In this document: positions 14,703 through 32,940 of the stretch, one piece after another
Layout: every line of letters begins with the position of its first letter
Numbering within the stretch: position 1 is the first letter of the stretch
Assembly: GCF_009914755.1 (NCBI RefSeq)
Contig: NC_060940.1
Source: the human T2T-CHM13v2.0 reference genome, Homo sapiens
Direction: 5' to 3' (one strand)
DNA length: 64,000 nucleotides
Notes under the pieces: generated by a model
Seen by the model: the letters and a program-made list of their open reading frames with translations, nothing else
Databases searched by the model: none
What the model was told of the DNA's origin: nothing
Position numbers and translations under genes: made by a program

Positions 14703-16640
14703 TTTCTTTTAAATTGACATATAACACTGTATGTGTTTGTTGTATAAAACATGACATTTCATGGTACATACACGCATTGTGAAAGGGTTCAATTTAGCTA
14801 ATTAACAAATGCATTGCCTCATATAGTTATCATTTTTGTGAAAAGAGCTCATAGCATCCACTCTCTATTTTTCAAGATTACAATACATCATCATTAACTA
14901 TAGTAATCTTGCTCTATAATAAATCTCTTGAGATTTAGTCCTCCTATCTAACTATAATTATATATCCTTTAAACAACATCGTCCTGATCCCTTCTCCCCT
15001 CTACTAACCCCAGCCTCTGGTAGCTACCATTCTACTTTGTATTTCAATGTGATCAGCTTATATTCCATATGTAGGTGAGATCATGCATTATTTGTCTTTC
15101 TGTGCCTGACTTATTTCACTTAGCATGATGTCTTCTATGTTCATCCATGTTGTGGCAAATGGCAGGATTTTGTTAATTCTTATGGCTGAATAATATTCCA
15201 TTGTGTGTATGTACTACATTTTCTTTATCTGTTCATTGATTGATGGGCACTTAGGTTAATTCCTTATCTTGGCTATTGCAAATAGTACTGTGATAAGCAT
15301 AGGAGTACAGACATCTCTTCTGCATACTGATTTCAATTTCTTTGGATATATACCCAGTAGTGAAATTACTGGATCATATGTTAGTTCTATTTTAAATTTT
15401 TTGAGGAATCTCCATACTGTTTTCCATAATGACTATGCTAATTTACATTCCCAGCAGAAGTTGTCTGGTTATCATTTGTCTTTCTGATGATGGCCGTTCT
15501 AACAGGATTGAGGTGATATTTCCTTATGGCTTTGATTTGCATTTCCCTAATTATTAGTGATGTTGAGAATGTTTTCGTATACCTCTTGGCCATTTGTATG
15601 TATTCTTTTGAGAAATATCTATTCAGGTCTTTTGTCCATTTTTAAATTGCAGTATTTGGCTTTTTTACTATTGAATTGTTTGAGTTCCTTTTATATTCTG
15701 GATATTAACCTCTTATTAGATATATGGTTTACAAATATGTTCTTCCATTCTGTAGGCTGTATTTTTCTCTCCTCTGATTTTTCCTTTGCTGTGAACCAGC
15801 TTTTTAGCTTGATGTAATCCCTTTTGTCTATTTTTCCTTCTGTTATTTCTGCTTTCGAGGTCTTACCCAAAAAAATCCTTGCCCAGAGGAATGTCATGAA
15901 GCATTTCCCCTGTGTTTTCTTCAGTAATTTCGTAGATTGACATCTTACATTTAATTCTTTAATTTATTTTTAGTTAAGTTTTGTATATGCTAAGGGATAA
16001 ATGTCTAATTTTATTCTTTTGCATGTATATATCCAGTTTTTCAACACCATTTATCGAAGATACTGCCCTTTCCCCACTGTGTATTCTTCGTGCCTCTGTT
16101 GAAAATCAGTTGGCTATTGATGCATAGATTTATTTCTGGGCTTTCTATACTGCTACATTGGTCTGTCTGTCTGTTTTTATGACATTTATGGCAGTATCAT
16201 CCTGTTTTGTTTACTATAGCTTTGTAGTATACTTTGAGATCAGGTAGTGTGATGCCTCCAGCTTTTTTTTTTTTGAGCCAGGGTTGTCTCCATGTTGCCA
16301 AGGCTTTTCTCAAACTCCAGGGCTCAAGCAATCCTCCTGCCTCGTCCTCCCGAACTGCTAGGACTGTACGGGCATGAGGCACCATACCTGGCTGTTTTTG
16401 TATTTGTATATTCAGCATTGTTTTTGTATTTGTGTATTTTTTCACTCAAGATTGCCTTGGATATTTGGGAGTCTTCTATAATTCCAAACAAATTTTGTGA
16501 TTTTAGTGTTATTCCCGTGAAGAATCTCATTGGTATTTTGATAGGGATTGCATTGAATCTATATAGATCATGATGGATAATTTGGAGATTTTAAGCAATG
16601 TTAATTCTTCAAGTCCATGAATATAGGTTATTTTTCCAGT
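14703..16640 (-). mobile_element. L1MA-type LINE-1 3' portion
   Basis: Antisense L1 3'UTR and ORF2 C-terminal motifs (tgatgggcacttaggtt, atatacccagtagtg). Confidence 0.9.
16263..16392 (-). mobile_element. Alu left monomer (FLAM/AluJ) nested in L1
   Basis: Poly-T then ..ctcaagcaatcctcctgcctc..catacctggc. Confidence 0.85.
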
Positions 16641-17169
16641 TAATGGATTTTAACTTTTCTTCTAAATCACAATTTTTCATTGAATTGATCAGTCTTTTGG
16701 CAAAAGATCAATTACAGATCATAATATGCAATGGATACAGATGTATTGTATCAAATATTGTTTGCATGAGGGAAAAGCCAGAAATGTATCTGCAGTAATC
16801 TTATAGAGTTTGTAAATGCTAACTTATATTATTTCTAGTTAATATGGTAACTACTAGGAAACTTCATTCTTATGGTTACAAACTGAAAAAAGCCACATGG
16901 TTCACTTAAGAGTATACAGAATTTAGAGTCTGACAATCTTTTTCTGATTATGTTCCAGGCCCACATAAATGTAATTTGCAACTTTGGGATACTATTCCAC
17001 AGCCCTGATCTTAATTTTCTTAATAATATAAGGATCCTGAAAGAATAAACATTATACTGACTACACAGAATAATTTGTAAAAATCCTAGGTGAATGTAAA
17101 TTAGGTGCTTAATAAATCCTAGCTAGAGTCCTTTCTTGTCTACAGTTTTCAAAACACTCCTTTGAGAAT

Positions 17170-19070
17170 TATACTTTCTATATGGCAGAATGAGTTCCCA
17201 GAAGACCAAACTCTATACAGATAGAAATTATAACTCTGGAGAAAATATACAAAAAAATAACTACCTTGAAGCTCTACGGAGTGAATAAAGGTGTGCAGAT
17301 TCTGGAGTGAGTGAAGATGTGAAGGAAGAATCCAACACAGGGAGGGTACCCTATCATTGCCAGTTTGGATTAAGGATGGGCCACAGTACTACTCTGGTTG
17401 AGAACAGCTGGATCTCTGTTTAAATGTATTGTCTTTTGGACTGAGAAGAGAATACCGTATCAGAGAGGACTAAAAAGGCAGGGCTCCACATTCTGTGTGT
17501 AAACTCTGCCCAAGCTGAGTCCCATTGACTCCTGAACCATATGCTGATACTATGAAAAGATCAATCAACATTATTTAAATAAATACATCACAAGTAAAGA
17601 TAAATGATGCCAAAAAAGAGATAAAAAGATGTTCAGCCTCATTAGACATCAAGAAAATATAAATTAAAACCACAAAGATATGCCACTACCTACCTTTTAG
17701 AAGGGCTGAAATAAAAAGAGCTGATGGTATTGAGCGTTAGCAAGAATATTGGTTTCATAGTTGAGATTTTTGTCCCTTCCACATCTCATGTTGAAATTTG
17801 ATCCCCAAGGTTGGTGGTAGGGCCTAATAGAAGGTGTCTGGGTCATGGTGGTGGATCTTTCTTGAATAGATTAATGGGGGGAGGATGAGAGCTGAGTAAG
17901 TTCTCACTGTATTAGTTCCTAATAGAGCTGGTTGTTTGAAAGAGCCTAGCACCTCCTCTGTCTGTCTTGTTTCCTCTCGTTTGATCTCTGCAGGCTCTTT
18001 TTGGGCCCTCCTTCACCTTCAGCCATGAGTGGGAAGCAGCTTGGAGCCTTTACCAGAAGCAGATGTTGGTTCCATGCTTGTTTGTCAGCTTGCAGAACCA
18101 AAAGCCAAGTAGGCCTCTTTTCATGATAAATTATTCAGCTTCAGGTATTCCTTTATAGCAACACAAATGGACTAAGACAATTGGCAAGAGCTCTCATGAA
18201 TGCTAGCAGAAATATAAAATGGTGCAAGAAGTTTTGAAAACTGTTTGGCAGTTTCTTAAAAATGTTAATCACATGCTCACAATATGACTTAAATTTACTG
18301 ATGAGAAATAAAAATGTATGTCCATACAAGGTCTTGTATGGTATGATCACAGCAGCTCTATTCTCAGTAACTAAAATCTCTGGATAGCACAAATGTCATT
18401 CAAGTTTAATGGACAAATAACAAGCATTATGTTCTCTCAGGGAAAAAAGGAAGGAATGGAAGGAGGTGGGAACAAAAGAAGGAATGAAGGATAGATGGAA
18501 GGAAGGATGGAAGGAAACATGGATGGAAGGATGAATGGAAGGATGATTGGAAGGAACTACTAATGCATGCAAAAACAGACACATCTCAGAAACATGTGGA
18601 GTGAGAGAAATGATATGAAAAAGAGAATCTTATTTAAAAATTAAAAATTGTAAAACTTATGAAGAAAGCTTGATATTTTGAATAAATTGTGCTGAATCAA
18701 TTCGATATCTGTATAAGAAAAAATAATGCACTTGCCTTTTGTTATATTCAGAAATCAATGTCTGATGAGTCGCATATCTAAATATGAAATATAAAACAGC
18801 AAAGTTTCTGTGGGAAAACATAGGAGAGCTTTATTATGAATTGACATAGATATATAAAACCTGTGTTCACCATAAAGCATACACTAAAATATTCATAGTT
18901 ACACTGCTCATATTAGCCAAGAATGAGAAACTTGTAGCTGTGGTAATGAGCTGATTCTTGGTCTGAATGCTGGTTATAAGATACGTCCAATTTGTACAAC
19001 TTATCAAGCTGAATATTTAAGATGTACGCACTTTCCCTATATATAACATAGTTCAATAAAAAGATAAAGT
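17170..19070 (+). mobile_element. Old L1 (L1MC/ME-type) fragments, interrupted by MST LTR and a (GGAA/GGAT)n tract
   Basis: aaaagatgttcagcctcattag..aattaaaaccaca; tttgaaaactgtttggcagtttctt; 3' end-like sequence near 19060. Confidence 0.65.
17753..18179 (+). mobile_element. MST-type MaLR solo LTR
   Basis: ctcatgttgaaatttgatcccc..ctttatagcaacacaaatggactaagaca; 5-bp TSD ATTGG/ATTGG. Confidence 0.9.
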
Positions 19071-19599
19071 ATTTATTGCAAAGATAAAATACTTACACAT
19101 TATTTAGCACATAGTAACTAGTCAATAAATACTATGTATTATTATTATTATTATTATTGTCATTATAAGTATCTCTGTCTCCATCACAAATGATGGACCA
19201 AAAAATGTTTAGTAGTCTATTCGCACTACTTTATAATTAGTTTTCATAAGCACATATCTTAAAAATTGACTTTTTTTAATGTTTTTTCCTCTCCTTTACT
19301 GTGAGTTCCTTAAGGTGCAAACTATGACTTTTTCTTAAATTTTTTTAAATTCAGACACCACTTCTAAAAATCAACATTATTGAGAGAATATATGTGCCTA
19401 TATTCACACACATGCACTATCACACACAAACAAACACTCATATAAAGAGTTCCTTCCATTCCCTTTAATTCTGAATGCAGGTAAGGAATTTTAAAAAGAC
19501 ACATGATAAGAATGATCATTACTCTCTTCTACGGTGCTTTGACATTTATGTGGTACTAATATAAACATAAAAAATAACACAGCCATTATTGAATCATTA

Positions 19600-19780
19600 T
19601 CGGTTTGTTTGTTTTACGTTCATTGGTTGAAATTTGCACCATGTGCATGCGCATGAGTGTTCAGTTACAGACTCACGTGCACTACGTTTTATTCCCAGAA
19701 GTAAAACTGAAGCACCCAGTGAAGCTAGAGTAATTACTGAATATTGTAAAAGTGTATGTGTGCGAGCACTTATGTTCCCC
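19600..19780. promoter_or_regulatory. Candidate cis-regulatory motif cluster (CCAAT, NRF1-like, E-box)
   Basis: ATTGG 19622-26, GTGCATGCGCATG 19643-55, CACGTG 19674-79; local CpG excess in apparently unique sequence. Confidence 0.35.
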
Positions 19781-21158
19781 CTGATTCTCTTATTACATGA
19801 TTTAGCCTTGTTTCTTCTTCCTTTCTTTTTTATTTCCACATGAGCTAATGAGTATTTTAGTGCTGAAAGATACAGCATAGCATACAGAGAGAATTCCAAG
19901 CAGTACAAAAGGTTTTTCTACGTTTATTTATTATTAATAGTAATGATAAAAATAACTATAATTTATTGATCACCAAACCTATGACCACCATTAGGGTAAG
20001 AGGTTTATATTATAGCACATTCTTATCCTAGTATTTTTTTTTAAGATGCAGAAACTGATGTCCAGGGTAATACAAAACTTACTCAAGGTCATAGTAAATA
20101 AGTGGCTGAACTGAGATTTAAAAGCTGACTCTATTGGCTTGTCTTGCATTTCAAAGCAAAGATTCTGATCCTAGAATATTTTATGAATAATTTCTTTATT
20201 CCTTTGCTATTTAAGTTCTCCCTCTCTTTTTATTTATTCTCTGCCTTTCTGTATTTCTCACCTAATACATTGTTCCATGTCGGTAGGATCAAAAGAAGGG
20301 TTTATATTGCGGATTTAATAAAGGCTCTGTCTATAATCTGGGCTTTCTATGGGCTGTCAAGAGGGAATAGTCTAAGCTGAGGGAAAATGAAGAGCAGAGC
20401 ACAGAAATGAATGTGCATGGAGGGGAAATAGGAAGAGAGAGTAATCCAATTTGGCCGGATGTAAAATTGATTACAGTTTGTGGGGGAAGATAGGGGACAT
20501 TGAAACCACTCCATTAATAACTTTGGCTTAAAGGCTTGATGTGTACAATGGTCATGGTTATCTTCTCTACTCCTGTGCCTCTTGGAAATAAGACAAACAA
20601 AGTGAAGTGGAACATGCATTTTAAAAAATGACATTATGGTTAGGAAAACGAACCAATAAAGGAGTTAGACTTTACAGTAGACTCCACACATTCCCTCCAA
20701 GTAAGTTCAAATTATTATTAAATGTCAGGGACTTCTCCCAGTCATAGATGACTGTCATTTAGTCCATATATGGTTCTCGGGGGAGGGGGGTGGTAGGGGA
20801 GTTGAACAAGAAGAGTAACATAGCAGTGTGAGAAATGGGTTAATTTAAAAAGTGGGAGAGATTTTCACCAGTGACCGTATTTGTGTGAAATTTTTGGAGA
20901 ATGGAACCAATGACCAATGAAAATGTCCAGCAAGCTTTCTGAAAACCATGTGCATGGACCTCTTGGGTGCCAGTTTGTAAGACAAAACAACAACAACAAC
21001 AACAACACACACAACCATAATGTTTATTGTTACTGATGGATATTCAGTACCTGAGAAGTTCTATTTGTAATTTCTTTAAATATGACTTTATTAACAATGC
21101 AAGCCATGTGGAACCTGAAAATTATCAAGGTTACATAATTGTTTAAATATTTTTCTTC

Positions 21159-21567
<409 letters not shown>

Positions 21568-23935
21568 CTAGGAAGGCAGGCAGGAAGATGAGATGGTAAA
21601 CAACGCAGGGGCAGATATTAGCAATTCTGGTTTAAAGTTTCAAATATGCTGCTCCATTTTACTTGTATGCCTTGGATCGTATCTTGAAACTCAGGATGTC
21701 TTAGTTTCTTCTATTAAATAAGGCAGATGAACCCCCGCCATCTTTCAGTCACTGTGCACTACCTCAGTCCCATCAAAATTCTCTGAGGTAAGTACCATTA
21801 TTTCCCCCATCTTACAAAAGAGAAAATTGAGCCACAGTGATGTCATATTACGCCAAAGTAGCAAAATCAAGATGCTGAGAAAAGATCACTCTCTTAAATT
21901 GAATATTCCAATCGGAAAGTTAGAATAATGCAAACATAAAGAGAGCTGTCTTTGTCATCACACGGATCTTGGTACTATGAAATCTCTAGTTTACTGAGTC
22001 TATTTTTTGAAATGTGCCTCACTGATTATATCCTATTCATCAAATAACAAGTCTAAGGAAAATATTCTATTATTTTTCAGCCACTGTGGTAAATGGAAGA
22101 TGCCAGTGCCCTTCAAGTACTTTAACGTACTTTAAAGTTTCCAAGAGCTGATCTGATTGAAATAGTTGGAGAAAAAATTGAAACAAAATTTTGTGGAAAT
22201 TTCTTTATTCTATTAATCCTGCTCAGACAAAAATGATCACTTTCAATTCAACTAATCGTGCACTTGTAAAGCTTTTTGTCTTCATGGACAAGGTAGACAG
22301 AGAACTTCACTGTCAAAATACAGCTACTAGCTGTCTTCCCTGCTTACCAGTTTTAACAATAGTCATTTCAAAAGAAAGCTGCACAGTGGCTAGAAAAATG
22401 CCTGTTGGGAAGCCAGCGGCAAAAATCACCTCTCTTTAAATGAGAAAATATGTGACAAATACACCATTTAAAATTATAGATTAAAATGCCTTTGGCAAGT
22501 CTAGAAGTAAAATAGCAAAGCTATATTTCTGACACTGAGTACGTAATATTTATTTATAGTTAGAGGTATTAAATGTGAGCAAAGGAGATGGTGAAAATTT
22601 AATGACAATAAATGATGCATTCGATGGTAAAATTAGCTAAACTTTTTTGATATTTACCAAATCATGTTTTAATATTTATTTATATAATTTTAGTGTTATC
22701 TGTATAATATCTTTATGACAAAGGTGCCTACATTATTCCCATTTTATAGAAGAAATTAAAAGATGTAGAAGATCATTAATTGGCTCAAGTCACACAACTA
22801 GTTATTGCAGAAAAATCAGATTCAAATCCAAGTGATCTCACATTAAGCCTACACAATTGCATACTACACCACAATGCATCTCATATGAGCAGTCATTCTT
22901 TTATACAATATTCACAATAATCTCATTAAATATATATGATCAATATTACCACGTGGTATGTATAATCATCTCCATTAAAGCTATGAGGAAGCAGCATTTC
23001 AGAGGGATTGGCTTTTTCAAGTAGTTGGCTAATGCATCTGAGAATATACTGAACCAGGAGGTACATTTCTTTTTCACTAATTCTGATTATTCTGAATCAC
23101 TGCACTTTGGGTTGTTGTCAGGAAATAACTACTCCTCTCTGAAATTCATGTTATGAAAACCTATGCCTAATCATTCATGGAGGTTTGGCAAGATGTTTAT
23201 GCTAGCAGGAAGTTTAATTCCTCATAATTCCCAATTACCTTAACAATTTCAACGCCTTCTCTAAAGAACTTTCTACTACTGCATTTACATCCTCTTTCAA
23301 AGAAACCTCTCATGTAATTAGTGCTTTGTCCCCAAATGACAAGTTGCAAATGAGGCATTTTCCTTTAAAATGTTTCCAACTTGGGGAAATAATTTATCCA
23401 AGCGGGGGACCCTTCTCACTGACCCCCAACACCTGGAAACCACAGAACCTTGATCACCAAGCTATACTTTCTTGCATTTCAAAGAAACACCACAAAGAAA
23501 ATAAGCATTACAATATTTTGACTTGCAATACAGAGGAAGAAATGTTATTATTCTGAAGCTTTAGTATTTAGCTAGTATCTAAAGCTTGAGTACAGGCAAT
23601 ACAATTCTGGCATTTACATCCCCTGGACTTATATGCTGATTGAATTAAAAATTGTATTTCTTTTATTTATTGAGTCTTAACCTTAAGGAAAATGTTTGGC
23701 CATGAGGGAAGAGGCATTAATAATTAAATTGAATTATTGGCACTTGGCTAATTAAATATCACATTGGAAATTAATTTGTAACCTACACAACCCTTTTCAT
23801 GGTGCTGGTTACACATACACACATCATCTCTGACACCTAGAAGAGAAGTTTCACTTTCCAAAAGCTGAGCATTGCATGTGTATAGTACCTTCCTTAGAAT
23901 GCATATAAGACTGTGAGAAAGTAAAGAAAACTTTT

Positions 23936-25957
<2,022 letters not shown>

Positions 25958-26494
25958 AAAAAGAAACTTTTTTTATGAGGATTGTGAGCCACTTTAAATT
26001 ATCAGTCCCAGAGAGAAAACACCATAAAATTAACAATGGCATATACTGAACATCATAATTCATACCTTGTTTTCAACAATGTACAGCCGATGACTAACCA
26101 GTGTTATTTCTGTAAACCAATAAGAATTCCTGTCCAACAATTGTGTTCCAGTCCACTCCTTGCCTTTGTCTTCTATTTTATAACTTGCTTGTAACAAAGG
26201 CCAGACAGAGCCCTCCCCAAGGTAATTTGAAGGTGTGTCCCAGGCAGCTGTTCTCAACCTTGGCCCAAATAAACTCTCTATATTAATTTTGCCTAGGCTT
26301 CATTTTTTTTGGCTCACACAGTATACAAAGGTCAGTTTGTATTCTGGGCTTTTTTCTTTTTCTTTGAAATATCTACAATTCCAATAGTTATTCCTCAGTA
26401 ATTGCTGATTTCTTTATCTGATGGAACTAGTACTAGTTTCTTGATATTGAAGTGTGAGTAAGACAAACATCCCCGGCATCATGGTACCCCCTGA

Positions 26495-26815
<321 letters not shown>

Positions 26816-27272
26816 TGATGACAGCTGAACAATTGATACTCATGTTAACAAGCTGTACTCTACAAGCAAGCTCAGAAGGTGATTCTTCAACAAATCTACT
26901 TCCACAAGAAGATTCAGTGCTATCTCTATTTACTGATAAAGACATCTCATTTTAATAATGTGAAGGCTGACACCAAATCAGTCCCATCTCTTGGAAAAAA
27001 AACCTTGATCCAGACTGCCTGGGGACTTTCCAGGTTGAATTATCATTGTTGTTTACCTGATTGTGCCACATCTACCCACTTGACCCAGGTACTATGACTA
27101 GCAGGGTAGAGGTGATTAGGCATCTGTAGACATAAAACATTCCCTCTCAATACTTTCTCAGATTTGAAACATGAAATAATTATTATTTTCAAAAAGTGAC
27201 CTTGCATTTGTAATGATTATACTATGAGGACTGCCCTGTTATTGGACCACTTTTATAGCATTTAAATTTTTT

Positions 27273-27609
27273 AGGTGCAGTGGCTCACGCCTTTAATCTC
27301 AACACTTTGGGAAGCCAAAGCAGGAGGACCACTTGATCCCAGAAGTTCAAGACCAGCCTGGGCAATATAGCGAGACCATGTTTCTACAGAAAAAAAAAAA
27401 AAAAAAAAGAGAGAGAAAGAAAAAAAAATAGCCAGGTGTGCAGGTGTGCACCTATAGTCCCAGCTTCTTGGGAGGCTGAGTGAGAGGATTGCTTGAGCCC
27501 AGGAATTCAAGGTTATAGTGAGCTATGACTTTGCAACTGCAACTGCACTCCAGCCTGGGTGACAGAGCAAAGCCCTGTCACTAAATAAATAAATAAATAA
27601 ATAAATAAA
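27273..27609 (+). mobile_element. AluJ
   Basis: gaggattgcttgagcccaggaattcaagg; (TAAA)n tail. Confidence 0.92.
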
Positions 27610-27658
27610 GGTTTCCATCGATCTTGGCTAATAATGGTATTTAAGTTGTGTGCTATTA

Positions 27659-28674
<1,016 letters not shown>

Positions 28675-29179
28675 ATACTCTCCAATTCATACACATAAAC
28701 TTAAAATCTTTAAAACATTTTAAGCAGAAAGAGGAAAGTGACCCTGATTTCTGCTCATCTTAAAGGAAGACTGAGCTCCTAGCCCACCCACATGTATTCC
28801 TTCCTGTGCTTCCCTTTGGAATTGATGTGGTAAATGTGCTCTTTAAGTCACTGGGAGTGGCCAACTGCAGTGATCTATTTAAGTCATTATTTTAAGAAAT
28901 AGACTTATCAAGTTTTATATTGCTACTTACAAGAGTCTGAACTCTAGACATAGGTGTGTCTACAGACTTATGGCCACCTAAGGTTACATAAGGGAAAGGG
29001 CTAATCTAATAATGGCCTAATGTCATTCCAGTGGAAAGCAGGATTTTAATTCCTAACTGATCAGACTACTGCCACTTCAGTGATGTACAAACTTTCATTT
29101 ACTTTTTTAAATAAATAAATACTTAAAACACTTATTAATGTTTATTTACTTTTTTGTATCATATGTTATTGTCCTTATT

Positions 29180-29492
29180 TTTATTTATTTACTTATTTAT
29201 TTATTTATTTTTACTACAGACAGGGTCCCACTCTGTCACCCAGGCTGGAGTGATACAGTGGCACAATCACTGCATCCTTGTTCTCTTGGGCTGAAGTGAT
29301 CCTCCAGCCTCAACCTCCCAAGTAGTTATGAATACAGGGGCACACCTCCTCATCCAGCTAATTTTTAAATTTATTGTAGAGCCAGGGTCTCACTACATTG
29401 CCCAGGCTGGTCTCAAACTCCTGGCCTTAAGTGATTCTCCCCCGTTGCCTCCCAAAGTTCTGGGATTATAGGTATAAGTCACCATGCCCAAC
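29180..29492 (-). mobile_element. AluJ
   Basis: (TTTA)n tail, antisense dimer. Confidence 0.92.
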
Positions 29493-29738
29493 CAATGTCC
29501 TTGAATTTTAAACTGCCAAACGGTCAATTATATAGGTCTTTAATTTGTTATTTATTTGTATATCCACTGAGTTGAAAGTGATAGCTGAACATTATTTATC
29601 TCTTAGAAGTAGGAGAAGAGAATGGGAACAAGAGTGTGGAAAAAAAAGGAAAAAATCAATAAAATTCTACAGTATTAAATTTTAGAATTAAAACATTTAG
29701 AATTAAAGTGGAATTTCTACTATTGAAATCCAAAAATC

Positions 29739-30049
29739 AGCCAGGCACAGTGGCTCACGCCTGTAATCCCAACACTTTGGGAGGCCCAGGCGAGCAGATC
29801 ACTTGAGTCCAGGAGTTTGAGACCAGCCTGGGCAACATGGTGAAACCCCATCTACCTAAAATACAGATATTATCTTGGTGTTTTGATGCACCCCTGTAGT
29901 CTCAGCTACTCAGAAGGCTGAAGCAGGAGGATCGCTTGAGCCCCAAAGGTGAAGGTTGCAGTGAGCCAAGATCATGCCGCTGCACTCCAGACTGGGCAAC
30001 AGAGTGAGACCCTGTCTCAAATTAAAAAACAAACAAACAAACAAACAAA
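29739..30049 (+). mobile_element. AluJ (Jb-like)
   Basis: gatcacttgagtccagg, ggaggatcgcttgagccc; (CAAA)n tail. Confidence 0.92.
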
Positions 30050-31404
30050 TCTCAAACTGGATGCATCTTTTATAATATGAGATTCTTCATATAGATAGGA
30101 TTTTTCTGGAGAGGGCAGAAACAGCTAACAAAAACAAGTATAAGTACTCTGCATTGTTCTATGTGTGTGTACGTATATGTTGCAAGATGTAAAACATGTA
30201 TCTAGAGAGAATATACACATGTATATACACATCAGGACATGCAGCTTAGATGATAAAGCTTTTCTATTTTATTATATCATAATTGCATGAATAAGTGTGT
30301 TGAAAATATAACAAAATGAACATAAACTTTTCTTTCTTTCTTTCTTTTTTTTTTTTTTTTACTAATTTGACATTTTATAAACACATGCTGAGTGCAGAAA
30401 GCCAAAGGTCAGAGTCCACTTTTGCTAGGAACAAAAGAGATTACAGAATTGAAATCTATACTTCAGTCAAAAATGTGTTCAAAAGTTCCCCCACAGCATC
30501 CGTGAAAGTCTTAGCATCACATAAATGCTGACTGCATCTCCAAGTGCTGTCGATTTTTACCTTAAAAATAGATTTGAATTCATTTACCACAGGGCACAGA
30601 GGAAAGGAGAATGAATCAGGAGGATCTCAAAGTGAAGATGCTTAGACACAAGAGACAGAAGACAAGCAGGAGGTAAAATGTAATTTTGAGGGAAAAAATC
30701 ATAAAATAAGATTGGATTTTTCGGTATAATTTTTCTGAAAATGCAATTTGTAACAAGTTATATTGTCTGTAAAAGAATCCCTACTGCACTTCTAATGTGC
30801 TTTCTTAGTATCTGAAACATAAAAGCACATCAGAATACATCATGTGCAAACCATGGCATTAAACAGATTAGAAAAACTAAATGTCATACAGTAACATGGT
30901 TGGTTCTTGTGCGGTTAATTTAGTAGAAAGGCAGAGAATCGCTGCAGGAAACACTTTCTCCAGTTATGCACCCTGCAGCTAAAATACCTTGTATACCTTT
31001 TTTTTTTTTTTTTTTTTTTTGAAGGAATAATAACTTTACTGAAGTGACAAATTTAAGGCTTATGTGGTTTTAGGATGGAACCTCAGCTAAATTATTCCTG
31101 AATTGGGTTGTGCATTGAGAGACACGGATGTTAGAATGGACAAGGCAGATTCTTTGTTCCTCTGTCTCTCAGAGTCCACCTTGGTTAGGCTCACTGTTGT
31201 GATCTATTCCAATGACATTAACATCTTGAGTAGAACTATCTTTATGTCATTGACCTCCCACTCAGTATATCTTCTTTTTTAGTTACTTAATTGTCTTTAT
31301 TAACTACATGTCCCATCATTCATGCAGAATTGTAGCAAATATAAAAATCAAAGTTCCCCTAAATCGTCTCCTCATAAAATATGCTTTTTACTTCTTTTCT
31401 TTGG

Positions 31405-31760
31405 AAAAAAGTATCTAATTGACAAATAAAAATTATATATATTCAAGATGAGCAATACAATGCATTATAAACTGATTACTACAGTCAAATTAATCAACAT
31501 ATCCATCGCCCCCTGTAGTTATCTTGTTTGTGTGTGTTGGTTGGGGATGAGAACACTTAAGCTCTGTTCTCTTGTTAAATTTCATATAAGCAATCCAATA
31601 TTATTAACTACAGTCACCATGTTGTACACTGGATCCCCAGAATTTATTTATCTTATAACTAAATGTTTGTACCCTTTGACTAACATCTCATTCCCATCAG
31701 CCCCATCCCTGGAAACCGTGAGTTTCTCTGCTTCTATGCTTAGTATGCTTTTTAAAGTCC
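31405..31760 (-). mobile_element. L1MA 3' end fragment
   Basis: aattgacaaataaaaattatatatattcaag..ttattaactacagtcaccatg. Confidence 0.85.
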
Positions 31761-32446
31761 TTGATTTTTACACAGCCTCATGATTCATGCACCACACACA
31801 CACAAAAGTGTTTTCTACCTTTACTTAAAAAATAATACGTTGAGACCTGACATTATCTGGCCACCAGGTCAAAAAAGTTAAATTGAGCATCATGTATTCT
31901 CCCGAGGTCTTAAAGCAAAGTCTATCACTCCTTTTAATTAGAGTTTTTCATATGGGTTCTGACTGAAATCACCTTGGTTGCTTTCTCCAGCTCTCACCTG
32001 ATTCTAATTAGTCCCGTTGGAACATTAACCTAGCTCCCCCTCCCAACCCCATCTCTGCCTCATGATTCATCTCATTAGAAAAACTGATAAGTGGGCTACT
32101 AATATCTGCTAGGTAAGATGTACAATTGTGAGCTCTACCACTAAGCAGTTTGCTAATGATAAAAGATGGCCTTCCTTATGGCAAGCATTACAGAGTATCG
32201 CTGCCTAATGCCCTTTAACTCGGGTAATTAAACACATCAACAGTAGAGATAATTTTTTCACAGTGGGAGTTAAGGAGAAACTGGAACAAAAAATATACCT
32301 TGCCTGGCAGAGCTGACATATCTATAAAGCATTTAAGCAGATTTAAGGTACTTTACATACTGGCGACTAAGCAGCAAGCACTCTCCTGGCCTCCTGAATT
32401 CAGAACAAAATGCACTTACATAAAATTTTAAACTTGAGCAACATTA

Positions 32447-32940
32447 TGTGGCAGGCAGAATAATGGTCCCCTCCCAAAGATTCCCACACCCTAATCTCTG
32501 GAACTTGTGAATGTATTACCTTAGACAGCCAAAGGGACTTTGCAGATGAGATTAAGGCTATAAGGCTATGGACCTTCAGATAGGAGGATTGTCTTGGATT
32601 ATCTGGGTAAACCAAATGTAATCACAAGAATGTTTAAAGGCTGTCGTAAGAGAAAGACTTTCTGACAGAAGAATAGTCAAAGAGATGCAAAGTTGCTGGT
32701 TTTAAAGATGGAGAAAAGAGACAAAGAAATGTAGTGGTCTCTAGAAGGTAGAAAAGACAAGAAACAGATTCTCTCCTACAGCTTCTAGAAGGAATATAGC
32801 CCTACCAGCACTATGACTTTAGCATGGTGAGACTCTGTGTTGGGGTTCTGATGGACAGAACTAAAAGATTAAAACTTTATATTGTTTTAAGCCACAAGGG
32901 TTGTAATAATTTGTTAGAGTAGCAATAGAAAACTAATACA
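32447..32940 (+). mobile_element. MLT1D-type MaLR solo LTR
   Basis: tgtggcaggcagaataatgg..agggactttgcagatg..gcaatagaaaactaataca. Confidence 0.9.
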
